Part shown: positions 9,946 to 20,516 of the stretch, one piece after another
Layout: each line of letters opens with the position of its first letter
Numbering within the stretch: position 1 is the first letter of the stretch
DNA from: Cyanidioschyzon merolae
Taxonomy: Eukaryota
Assembly (NCBI GenBank): GCA_000091205.1
Contig: AP006497.2
DNA: 64,000 nt
Direction: 5' to 3' (one strand)
Notes under the pieces: generated by a model
What the model was told of the DNA's origin: nothing
Databases searched by the model: none
What the model saw: the letters and a program-made list of their open reading frames with translations, nothing else
Position numbers and translations under genes: made by a program

Positions 9946-11106
9946 CTACATGGAACTTTTCTCTGGGTTGCTGCTGGCGTTCGTCTCGATTTTCTGAACG
10001 CGATCGCGGGCGTATTCGAGCATTCTGCGAGTGTACCTGGAAGCAAACACCTCAAAGTAATAGTTACTTCCGTTCCACACGACGATGAGACCGACAAATG
10101 CCAACACGATTTCGTGCATCCATTTGTAACGCCAGAACAGCGCCGTAGGCAAACAAGTCACCCCAGTGAAAATCAGCTGCCAAAAAGCGAGTGCCAAATT
10201 CTGGTATCGCTCGCCGAAGATATTCAGCATCCGGGAGACTGCCGAGCCCGAGTGACGTGTGAGCCATCGCAGGCTTGTGATCAATTCAGGGTTTCGATCG
10301 AGCTTTCGACGAGAGATAACCAGAATCTTTGCAAGATACAAGGTTTGCCAGATTAGAAAGATCACCAGCGGCACTGCCACCGTAAACGCGCGACGTCCTA
10401 ACGCGATACAGTCTGCTTCGTGGCTGCAGATACCGATCCGTCGCGAGATGATCAAGTCTGAATGCCAACGAGCATTGTACGTCACTAGTGGGGGAAATAT
10501 ATGGATAAATACGGACGTCATCTTATCGAGCGAATGAAAAACCAGCGCATTGCGCCACGCCACCATCGCCCAGAGCACCGGTCCGTTCGCCGAGGCAAAC
10601 AGGGCCACGAACATGACCTGTCGCCAGGCTTGCGTCCGCGGCCAGCCAAAATAGAAAGCTACCAGTAGTGCTTGCACAAAGTAACAATAGTCGTACATGA
10701 AATAATGCTGAGCAGACTTGCGGTATGAATAATAGCGGAGAATAAGCAGAGGCGTCAGCTGGTACAGATACCACTGCCATAGACGCGCCGGCTGGCGTAG
10801 AATAACGTATTCCGTGAAGAGCACGTTGAGCAGACCCAAGACAAACGAAAGTTTGTCTCGCAAACGAATGACCTCTGGAGTGCGAACGCGCCTTTCGATG
10901 GCTCGCCGCCGCTCCACGAGCCGATGTTTGGTGTTACGGATCTTGTCATCTAGATTAGCAAGGCTACCAAGTGTAAAAATATCGGACAAAGAAAGGCTGA
11001 GCAGGTCAGGCTCGTAGTACGCTTCCGAGTCGGGAAAAGCGGAGGAGTCCGTCTCGTCGAAGTGGTCAACGCTCGCACTGCCCAACGCACGCCCACCGTC
11101 GTCCAT
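9946..11106 (-). CDS. Polytopic membrane protein with about 8 TM helices. It is possibly DUF2838/GPC1-like, i.e. a glycerophosphocholine acyltransferase.
   Basis: Eight hydrophobic helices are visible. My recollection of a conserved block YF.YDYCYF.. and ..FHSLDK.TSVFIHIFPPLV.. is from memory, not a run search. The ORF begins with an ATG at 11106. Confidence 0.4.
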   Translation of the reverse strand: MDDGGRALGSASVDHFDETDSSAFPDSEAYYEPDLLSLSLSDIFTLGSLANLDDKIRNTKHRLVERRRAIERRVRTPEVIRLRDKLSFVLGLLNVLFTEYVILRQPARLWQWYLYQLTPLLILRYYSYRKSAQHYFMYDYCYFVQALLVAFYFGWPRTQAWRQVMFVALFASANGPVLWAMVAWRNALVFHSLDKMTSVFIHIFPPLVTYNARWHSDLIISRRIGICSHEADCIALGRRAFTVAVPLVIFLIWQTLYLAKILVISRRKLDRNPELITSLRWLTRHSGSAVSRMLNIFGERYQNLALAFWQLIFTGVTCLPTALFWRYKWMHEIVLAFVGLIVVWNGSNYYFEVFASRYTRRMLEYARDRVQKIETNASSNPEKSSM

Positions 11107-11454
11107 CTTTGTTCAATAGTTTTCGTGCCACTCGGTTCAGAACGGTTTCCTCGAACCGTTTCGAGAAACGCTTGACGCTGACACCACGACGAGAACGCTC
11201 TGAGCTGGTAACCCGCCCGCCGACCGAACGTTCGTCCTGACGCTGCGGCGCGCAGGCTGCGGGTGCCCGGTCGAGCAGTGGTGGTGGCGTCTGAAAATGC
11301 GCACGCGCGCGCGCTAACGCAATCTCCGGCATCGGCACCGACCGCACTAGATAGAACAAAGGACAGAGGCTATCCAGTAACTAGCAACGATATAAGGATT
11401 TATTTTCTCTTCTATGATTAATGTTAACATGACGGAAGGATTTCCGTATTGTCA

Positions 11455-12150
11455 AAAGTTTAGCTTCTAGGCGGAAGGTCCCGCGATCTGGACAAGTCTG
11501 TTAGGCTGATGCTTCATGCGCTCCCGCAATAGCTGTTGCTCTAGCGAGACCTGAGCAACTCGTCCGCAAACGCAGTTCATTCTGGGACTCAGAGCGGATA
11601 CACTGCGTTTCGATGTCGTCACGGTCGCAGTGGACTTCTTGTATATTGCTTCGCGCTGCAGCAGGCAATAGGTCCGTCTGCGCGATTGGCTCGTTCCCGG
11701 AATGCTCATGAATCCTGATTCCGTAGCAGGTGAATGTAGGCAAAAGGTCCGTCTGCGCGATTGGCTCGTTCCCGGAATGCTCATGAATCCTGATTCCGTA
11801 GCAAGTGAATGCAGGCAAAAGGTCCGTCTGCGCGATTGGCTCGTTCCCGGAATGCTCATGAATCCTGATTCCGTAGCAGGTGAACCACGCCTCGGGCCGG
11901 CACCCTTTGCAGTATGGCAAAAACGTCCTACCTCCGCGATGTATCGTCATCAGCGGTATGAGCGATAAAGCGGACGCTCACGACAGGTACTCGGCGCACG
12001 ATAGAACATACGAAACGACCAGCATATCCGTGAGGAAATATGGGTAAAGGAACTTGGAGCTAGGGTGCAGCACCATGACCAACGCTCTTCTGATTACCAT
12101 TATCCATCCGGCAACCTGTCATCCATGCTCCATGTCCACCGGTTTGTCAT
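11455..12150. repeat. Dispersed repeat, copy A (about 550 bp core), carrying an internal tandem expansion.
   Basis: It begins aggcggaaggtcccgcga... and is alignable along most of its length with 25975-26510. Antisense and sense ORFs in the two copies translate to similar peptides (MLMNPDSVAGE..PAPFAVWQKRPTSAMYRHQRY versus MLVNSDSVSGG..PAPFVVWQKRPVSVMHRHQRL). Confidence 0.6.
11671..11895. repeat. Tandem repeat of 75 bp x 3, nearly identical units, inside dispersed-repeat copy A.
   Basis: Units start at 11671, 11746 and 11821 with the sequence ggtccgtctgcgcgattggctcgttcccggaatgctcatgaatcctgattccgtagcaggtgaatgtaggcaaaa. Copy B (25975-26510) carries a single unit. Confidence 0.85.
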
Positions 12151-12409
12151 CGAGAGAGACGGAGAGAGACCGGATAGCGCCATCGATGCGCTATCGTCGA
12201 TCGCCGCCGCTGCCATCATCTGTTGAGGGTGCCTCCAGCCGCCAGCGCGCGCCCGGATCGCGGCGACCGCTCTGCGCATCCGTCGTCCAGAGGCACGGAG
12301 TTGTGAACCTGCCCCCAGACACGTACGCTGCACCGTGTACTGCCTTTGCAGGAGAGGCGCTCTCAAGTCTCCGCTATTCAGGTTCACTTCTGGCGCATCT
12401 TCTATCGGA

Positions 12410-12916
12410 ATGTTTGTTAGCGGAGCTTTTCAGGTTCCTCGGGAGAGACGCTGGGGTGCGGCTCGGGTTGCACGTCCTAGGCGTGCGCTCCGGCTACGGG
12501 ACGCGCAACGTCGTCACAGTGGCGTCTCGATTCTGGAGGCCAACGGCGAGAGCAAGGATGGCAAAGCAGGAGGCAAAGGTGGCGGCCTATTTGGAGGCCT
12601 TGGTAACCTCATGGATGCAATGAAAAAAGCACAAGAGTTCTCCAAATCGGCACAGGCGCTACAGGAAGAGCTGAAGAACACGGAAGTTGAAGCAACCTCG
12701 AGCGACGGTCGGGTTCGTGCAGTCGTTTCCGGACAGCAGGTGCCAATCCGAGTTGAGGTTTCTGATGAGCTCATCGCCGAGGGGAACCCAGCGGTCAGTG
12801 ACGCTGTCACGGAGGCAGTGCGCAACGCTCATGTGAAAAGCGCGGAGCTGATGCGACAACAGCTCGCGGACCTAACCCAGTCCTACGGGCTGCCGCAACC
12901 ACCGAAACAACCCTAG
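12410..12916 (+). CDS. YbaB/EbfC-family nucleoid-associated protein (DUF149), probably organelle-targeted.
   Basis: The core GGLFGGLGNLMDAMKKAQEFSKSAQALQEELKNTEVEATSSDGRVRAVVSGQQVPIRVEVSDELIAEGNPAVSDAVTEAVRNAHVKSAELMRQQLADLTQSYGLP is a good match to bacterial YbaB (GNLMKQAQQMQEKMQK.QEE...). It is preceded by an Arg-rich presequence. The ORF-track start at 12335 is GTG. The first ATG is at 12410, and an upstream exon is possible. Confidence 0.7.
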   Translation: MFVSGAFQVPRERRWGAARVARPRRALRLRDAQRRHSGVSILEANGESKDGKAGGKGGGLFGGLGNLMDAMKKAQEFSKSAQALQEELKNTEVEATSSDGRVRAVVSGQQVPIRVEVSDELIAEGNPAVSDAVTEAVRNAHVKSAELMRQQLADLTQSYGLPQPPKQP

Positions 12917-12968
12917 CGGAAAACTAGTGTCTTTAGTAGGGATAAAAACTGTCCAACGGAAAAACCAT

Positions 12969-14495
12969 TCAGATTTTCAGAAGGAGTCTGCGCCATGTAA
13001 TAAGGAACTGTGCATAGCTATGAAGGCCATTCGAGGCCGGCTGCTGTTGCTGCTGCTTCTGGGTGCTGTGACGCAGGCGATACCAGAGGCGCAAGGGCGC
13101 AAAGGCCCAGTGTGCAGCACCATGCGACGCAGTGTCCCCATAACTCGACACGAGATAGCCGTCCACGAGGAGCGTGCCTTCAAAAGTGAGCGGCGCGTAC
13201 GCGTTGGTGTCCACGTGCTCGGTAACTCGTACAATGGTGTCGGTGGATCCATCTTCATGGAGCAAGGCCATACCCGGAAACAGGTTGCGGGCTCGCGTGA
13301 ATCGTGGGCGTTCGTGCGCATCTCCCGGTTGGACGTACACTAAATGATCGGGTGTCATGTGCAAAACGCCACCGCTGCTGGTGTGCAGCGCGATATACTG
13401 GAACGGGCCTGCCGCAGTTTGTTTGTCCGCAAACGCGTACGCGGTCGTGAAGCGCTTCGTCCAGCCACCGCGATTGTTCGGGACTAATGTGGCAATACGC
13501 GTCCCGGGTTCGAGTGCGGATAGCGGCACCAGCGTGCCGTCTGCGCGCTCTACGGTGCTCTCAGCCGGAAAGCAGCCGATGAAGCTCTGCCCACCAGCCA
13601 AGGTCGAGGGACAACCAGAGAAGGACTCTAGTGCGACAAACTTTGCGCTTTCGTTGTATATCGGGGGTCCGAGCGTGATGGTGCTCCCCTGCTGCGGCCA
13701 GAAATCAAACGTCGCAGACGTCTCCACAGGTTCATACATGGGAATATTGGTTTCCATCGGGTTTGCCGGGCAATAAAAAGGTGCACTCATCCCCGTCTCT
13801 CGATAAAAATCCAAACACTCCTCACACACAGAATAGCTGAGCTCCATACCAACATTTTCAACGAAACGAACGTCAACGACAGACGCGCACGTTGGCTCCA
13901 TCCCGTTCACGAACCCGCCTTCGGGAACGATTACGACGCTTCCGGAGGGAACGACAAACACATACGCCACCCCGGCTTGCTGGCCCTTGATAAGCCCCAG
14001 CGGTATCGTGAGCGAGTCGGTCAGTGGCGGGTATGGTCCGCCACTGATGGAAGCGAGCTGCGTGCCATCCGTTTCACCAGTCAAGTATGCGGGGAAGAAG
14101 GCACCACCAAACGGATACGCAGCGACATCGGTTGCTCCTCGGTTTAGAACCACAGCCAGGCTCTCATTTTTCGGGTTCAGAAACTGCCAGTATACGATGC
14201 CCTCAGAACGCGAAATCCACGACCAACTCACCTCAACGCCCAGCGGGCTCGAGCAACTCTGTTGACTACGGACTCGCTCCAAGATACGTCCAACGGTTAG
14301 GGTACCCGCCGGTTTGGTACCTTTTGGGTAGTACAAGTGCCGCAACCTCGCCTGTTTCGAACGAGATATGTCGCTGAGCCCTAGCGTTTTCACAGGCAAA
14401 GCGTACGCCACGTAGCAGCATAATCCCACACTGCAAAAGAGCGCTAGCAACAAAATCCAGGAAAAGAGCACGCGACATCGTAGACTGTGGCCCAT
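12969..14495 (-). CDS. Secreted Hedgehog-type Hint-domain (Hog) protein, paralogue A.
   Basis: It has an N-terminal signal peptide (ATG at 14495) and an N-terminal domain of about 270 aa with NxS/T sites. The autoprocessing junction GCFPAESTV is present. The Hint core reads ...ALHTSSGG.LHMTPDHLVYV...YAPLTFEGTLLVDGYLVSSYG......AHWAFAPLRLWY and is closely similar to the Hedgehog C-terminal autoprocessing domain. Confidence 0.8.
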   Translation of the reverse strand: MGHSLRCRVLFSWILLLALFCSVGLCCYVAYALPVKTLGLSDISRSKQARLRHLYYPKGTKPAGTLTVGRILERVRSQQSCSSPLGVEVSWSWISRSEGIVYWQFLNPKNESLAVVLNRGATDVAAYPFGGAFFPAYLTGETDGTQLASISGGPYPPLTDSLTIPLGLIKGQQAGVAYVFVVPSGSVVIVPEGGFVNGMEPTCASVVDVRFVENVGMELSYSVCEECLDFYRETGMSAPFYCPANPMETNIPMYEPVETSATFDFWPQQGSTITLGPPIYNESAKFVALESFSGCPSTLAGGQSFIGCFPAESTVERADGTLVPLSALEPGTRIATLVPNNRGGWTKRFTTAYAFADKQTAAGPFQYIALHTSSGGVLHMTPDHLVYVQPGDAHERPRFTRARNLFPGMALLHEDGSTDTIVRVTEHVDTNAYAPLTFEGTLLVDGYLVSSYGDTASHGAAHWAFAPLRLWYRLRHSTQKQQQQQPASNGLHSYAQFLITWRRLLLKI

Positions 14496-14834
14496 GGCGG
14501 GCCACTGCTGCTCCCCGAGTGTGCAGGTCTAGCTCAAACCTCGCCACCTAGAACGTCGGGCATGAATACCCGCAACGGATGCGGCCATGTGCACTCAAGC
14601 ATCGATGCGATGCACCACGTGGCGATGTCCAAGTTCTGGAGTTCCCTGCAAGCGGCCACTCAACGGCCGCATCGCCGGTGCGTCGGAACTCGCAGCGCGT
14701 TCGATGCTTGCACGGCCAGCACCGTGGAGATTAAAATTCGTGGTACCTGCGAGTGCTGCCAGCACGTGGCATCTGGAGGTTCCCTGGTGTGACGTGCAGA
14801 TACAACATTCTCGGAATTGTTCCTGTAGGAAATC

Positions 14835-14968
14835 ATGCGACTCGCCATGAAATCCCTTACGACGCTGGTATTCGTCGTAGAGATCGTTGTTTGCCTCAGT
14901 GTATGGTCTGGGTTAGCCCTTCCGGTTTATCGTAGTGACCGCCCCCAGCTGGTGTTCGCAAAGCCGCC

Positions 14969-15000
<32 letters not shown>

Positions 15001-16427
15001 TCGCCGCCGGGGTGCGTCTCGAACGGGCACCGCTGCACCCTCTCGACCAGAGGGTTGTTCAAGAGGTTTCCGGTGCGCCGCTGGGACAGCCTTCACTGCG
15101 TACAAGCGGCACGAGTTGTACGAGCGGTGCAGGTGTGGAGGTTTCCTGGACATGGTTCAACCAGACCAGCGGTATCGTTGTATGGCAGTTCTACAATCCG
15201 ACTTCGAGTGAACGGGCAGTTGTTCTGAACCGCGGGGCGAAAGGCAACAATAGTATCATTGAATCGTACACCTTCGGCGGCGCCTATACATTCGCGTACC
15301 TCGGGAACGGGCTCGCCACGCTGGCCCCGGGGCCGTATCCGACGCTGGAAGCATCACCGAGCGTGTTGCCGGTCGCCATTATAGATAAGAGCGATCCGGA
15401 TATTGGCTTTCTCTTCACTATTCGTGCGGGTGGCACGGTAAGCGTCGAAGAGGGTGGCTTCGTGAACTTGGAACCGTTCTGTGACAGTGTACCTGACGTC
15501 TCGTTCGCGGAGAACGCCGACGTCAACATCACTTATGCAAAGAGTGTTATGTGTGAAGAATACTATTTTCAGGAAGGTAGTTCGAATGTTACGTGTTCTT
15601 CGAATCCTTTGGTGACGACTTGGCCTATTTATCAAGTGGCAAACGGTTCCGTGACGGGACAGAATTACATTATCATGGACTCTAATACACAGATCGAGTT
15701 TTTGAACGTATCAAACTCACAGGGTGGTTCATCGTCGGGATTCTCCTGCTTCCCGGGCGATGCAACCGTCACACTGTCCGATGGACAAGTCAAGCCCATT
15801 CACCAACTCAAGAAAGGCGATTGGATCTATACGCTTTCGTACGACGCCAAGGATCGCAAGTGGTCCCGTGTTTCGACGAGATTTCTCGGATTCCTCGATC
15901 ACAAACCTGCAGAGCGGACTGAATTCCTTCGGATTACGCTGCACGGGACGGATAGCGTTCTAGAGATTACACCGGATCACTTGTTGCCGGTAGTCGCAGC
16001 CGGTCCGTCCCCTGGTGAGCAACGTGAGCGCTATATGCCCGCTCGGCTGGTTGTGCCTGGCGCATTCCTCTTTCTGGAGACCGGTGAGCTTGCCCACGTA
16101 CGCAGCATGACATGGGTGCAACGGACGGGTGCCTTTGGACCGCTCACCGAGGCGGGAACCCTCCTAGTCGACGGGGTCCTCGTCTCGTGCTATGCGCACA
16201 CAGGGAGTCATGAAGCTGCGCATATGAGTATGTGGCCGTTGCGCGTTGGATCCCGTCTATCTCGCTGGCTGAACCCGGTGCATGCCCGTGTCCCAGGGAG
16301 CGCTTGCGCAAGTACTGGTATGCATCCGTATGCGCGTGTGCTGCTCGCTCTTCAGTACATGCTACGCATGTTCGAGCATCCGAGAAGCAAACAATACCTC
16401 CATAAGCATCAGCATATTTGGCTGTGA
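14835..16427 (+). CDS. Secreted Hedgehog-type Hint-domain (Hog) protein, paralogue B, with a polyQ tract.
   Basis: An ATG at 14835 is followed by a signal peptide and Q11. The N-terminal domain (GVEVSWTWFNQTSGIVVWQF.NP...AVVLNRGA...FGGA) is homologous to paralogue A. The junction FSCFPGDATV and the Hint core ...TEFLRITLHGT.SVLEITPDHLLPV...FGPLTEAGTLLVDGVLVSCYAHTGSHEAAHMSMWPLR are present. Confidence 0.8.
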
Positions 16428-19400
16428 AATTCTGCGCATAAGCGCTGCGGCGGGTCTGTGAATTCCGATACGAACAACCCCCTATACCTGTGTCAGCTTA
16501 AGAATGAACCATTGGAATGCTCGCCCTGTTCCTAGCGTGCGAATTTCTCCCGACCTTGTTTGTAGATGTACAGCCTCGCCGTTCGAAATGCGACAATGAG
16601 CGATGACGGATTCAAACGTAGTTGTAGGGTTCTCGATCGTCTTGTCAGTGTGGCTCGTTTCTCGCTTTGCCGCTAGAATTCGGTACGTTACCGGAATCTA
16701 GGTGATTCGCGATGCCATGGAACCAGGGCTCGTAAAATAATCGATATCGTTACGAAGTGCATATGTAGAATTTTTCACGCGTCCCTTTTCGGTACCTGCT
16801 ACATGTTAAAATCGCAAATTCTTCAAGTCCTCCATGTTTCTGTTTCGTGGCAATTCGTAGACGCAGCCATTCGCGTCGCTGGATCGAGGAAAAAAAACTG
16901 GACGCCGTCCACTGACGAATTCATCACAGGTTCATGGCTGGCGTTTACTGACTTTGTCACGTGAAAAATTCAAAGCAGCTCGAAGGACAACACTCTTGCT
17001 TGATTGTGGCTATCGAGAAAACGACATTCGACAGCAGCATGATACGTCAGCCAGGACACGCTTCTACTAGAGGCTCCCGTCTATTCTGTTACCACGGAAA
17101 AGGATTGTGGACTCGGGCTTGAGCCAGCGCAGTGATCGCTTCTAGGGAAGCGCCCGTCACCGCCTGGTCCGAACTGAGCATAGACGGATCGAAATTTCTC
17201 GACTTGATCTTGAGGATCGATTTTTTTCTGGGATTCGCTTCATCATGGACAAGTTCGCAGTGCACAAATCCTCTATCGAATGGGACGGCGTACGCTTGGA
17301 CATGCATCGGGCAGTGTACTCGCTGTGCGTATCGGCCAGAAGAAGGCCGGAATTATAGGGTACGGTCTCGGGCATGGAAACGAGCCACGGAAACGACGGG
17401 TGCGCTCTCTGAACCTGTAAAGGGTATGAAGTGAACGCTGAATGAGGCGTTCATGGTCAACAGGACAGCTCTCGGAGGATACGGTACCGTAGACATATGG
17501 GAATACCCGACCGCAGTGAGGTCGCACCGGTGCAAAGCGCACATCGCGACTGTATGCGAAGAAAATGCGACCGGCAAGCGAAGCATATGAACTGCATCTA
17601 CCGCCTATGCACGAAATGCGTCGCTAGCAGCCCGGAGCAGCAATATCGGCATTTGACTGCAGCAATCGACATGCTTCGACTGCTGAAAATGGAACTGGAG
17701 GGAAACGGGAGCAATGCATTCTTGAATCCGGAGATGCTTGTAAGGCAAAAGAAGCAACCACAGAAAAATCCGCAAAATCCAGTTTTCATGACAATCAGAT
17801 GTAATCCGAACGTCCTTATGTACGCCAGAGTTTGGTACTTGGTTCCTGTCCATCTCAGCCTGACATGAACGCCCATAAAGCATCCATAGAGTCGACATGA
17901 GCCAGGAAAAGAGCACATAGCGCGAACGCGCTGGCCTCGGGATGCGTCCGCCCAGGAGACTGCACGCGCTGTGTGGGCGGCCCCAGTTCGAACGCTTTGG
18001 TTCCCGGCTTGAAGCAGGTCGTGCATACGAGTTGCTCCATCTTTGAGGATACCATTCAAGTCACCCGCGGCTGTGATTCTTTATGATACCGTGGATCGCG
18101 TCTTCGGAATACCAGACAGGTTGCGCTGGTCCCATGTCCACAGGAAATATGGCTAGCTGTAGCATCCCTAGCGGGACGGCCGCCAGCATTGGAGCTGCAC
18201 CCAACAAATAGATGTACACGACGTGCATTTAGCTCCTAGTGCCAGGCACGTGAACGCATCCGCCAAGTATTCGCTCAAGGTGCCTTGCAGGTGCACGCGA
18301 TTACGGTGGAAAATCCGCGTACCTAAAAGCAAGCAAATGCCCCCAGAATGCAGCGTCTCTCGGAGCGTCTCTCTGCCGTTCAGGGATGTACCGGTACGCT
18401 GTCGCTCATTTCCTTGAATTTGACGATTCCGATATCGAGGAGAGCGCTCCTGTATTAGACGCTCGCAGCCCTATCCGATTTCGGAGCGAAACGGAACAGG
18501 AAAAGTCGAAGTTCCATCGGTAGGCAGCCACTCATCAAGATCATCCAATTACCCGTGAACGTCGACCTGGTCTCTGCACCAAGCGTACCCATGGTATTGC
18601 ACGACGTGACGAGCCTTGCGATCTATGCGTCCAGGTGGGCGACTCCGGGAACCCGGAACCAGCGTCCTGCGAACACTTCGTAGACGCGACGCCTCGACGG
18701 TGCCCAGTACTGGCGCGTTTTCGGAGGTGCGCAACTGCACAGTTGCATTGCACTGACTCTGGCTTCGCGTCGCATACGCGTTGTACGATTACTGAGCAGC
18801 GACACTCTCTATGCACGCGCTGGTGTTGCTCCCGATGTACGCACAACGTCCAACTTGGAACGGAACCGTCGCCGCAACACACGCCTAGATCCTGGTTCAG
18901 GAGGAGTAACCAATGGTGCTGCTTCGAGTTTTAGGACGGCATGAAAGAGAGCTCCGGCGTATCTTGAATTCAAGATTATCGCCAAGATCAGATTGCCGAG
19001 TTGTACGCCATTGCCCCGAGCCCTGTTTGGGTCTCGCTCACAACGGCCAGCATGTGCGCAAATAGAGTTGTTGCGTTCCCGATATTCGCTTCCGATAAGC
19101 TACGCACGATCTGTTGTTTCACGTCGAGCGTGGGCTGCAAGCACTTGAGCCAATCCCCTGCATGTATTTCGCTTGCCAGCGGCTGCAGGTTGTACGCTGC
19201 TCCGCACTGAGCGGTCGCAGCCTGCACTTGAGCCAATCTCCTGACACCATTCGAGGGAAGCAGCCGCAGCCGCAGCCGCAGCCACAGGCTCTTTGCGTGC
19301 TCGCTCTCCATTGCATTTTCGTACGTACGCTAGACAGACACAGACTCGATCATTGCGGGAAATGGATTTCCGCATGCACTCTGAAGCGCCATAGGCATCA

Positions 19401-20174
19401 AAAACATGTTCGACAAAAGCGACGTACGACTGAGAACCTTGTACATGTTCGCTTTCGTGCGACGAGCGTGCACAACACCTCGAGTCGGCGAGCGTCACGA
19501 CGACAGAGACCAGTCGGCAGCGGGTCAGTTGGCGTCAGACACTGCACGTTTGGACGCGTTTCCGAGGAGTTCAATTCTCGATCGAAACTGACTCTGGTAG
19601 GTGCTTTCGAGTTGCCGGCAAATTCACCGCTTCCGGGTAGAGTAAAGCTCGAGAACGCCTTCAGCGCAGTGCCAGTTCTGCCACACGCCACCTTCCCGGC
19701 TCCAGTGAGGTCTAGTTACAAACCGACGCTCCCCGATGCTCGACAGTAGTCTTCGACTCGACCAAGAGGAAACACGGAGAGGCGTCTACGTCACGGGAAT
19801 CAAGCGGCGATCCGGGAAAATGCAGCTCGTCAGGGGCTTTGCCACGCCCTCATCGCGCGAAAACGTCGTATGCTCCAGACGCAAGCGTTGTAACCGCGAG
19901 TGCATGCTGTCTTCGGAAGCGCCGATTGCTCTCCGAACCAAAACACCATCATGAGCAAGGATTCGAGCCCTCGCACCGGTCTCACGATCGCACGCGCTCG
20001 AGTCGAAGCATCGCTCGCCGTCATCGATACAGTTTCTCAAGCCGCAGCCGACAAAACTTCCTGTCCATCACCCGCATGATCCGGCTGCATGCTCGTCACA
20101 GGTTCATTGTCTACTCGTGGAAGAGCGCGCCCCCCGATACAACCGGTACGCGAATGGACAATGCTTCAGAGAGC

Positions 20175-20310
20175 GCATCCCTCATGACCGTCACACTCGG
20201 GCAGGTACCAAGAAGTGCTGCAGCGTAGAGCTGCTTAGCAACGCATCCCTCATGACCATCACACTCGGAAAGGTACCGAGAAGTGCTGCAACGTCGAGCT
20301 GCTTAGCAAC
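20175..20310. repeat. Tandem duplication of 2 x 68 bp.
   Basis: Unit 1 (from 20175) is gcatccctcatgaccgtcacactcgggcaggtaccaagaagtgctgcagcgtagagctgcttagcaac. Unit 2 (from 20243) is catccctcatgaccatcacactcggaaaggtaccgagaagtgctgcaacgtcgagctgcttagcaacg. Confidence 0.8.
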
Positions 20311-20516
20311 GAGCGCGTCGACCTAGATGCCACCGTGGCACCCCCAGTGCCGTCCAGTCTCCGTTGGCCAAGTGCAACGGCGGATGCGACGTCGCCACGA
20401 GTGCCCACGGCAGACCCGGTTTCCCAGAAGATCGCCCGAAGCTATCGGAGCAACCATGAGCTCCTCAGCGGGAACCCTCTTGCGGCGAGTGTTCCAACGC
20501 GGCCTTCACTGCGATC

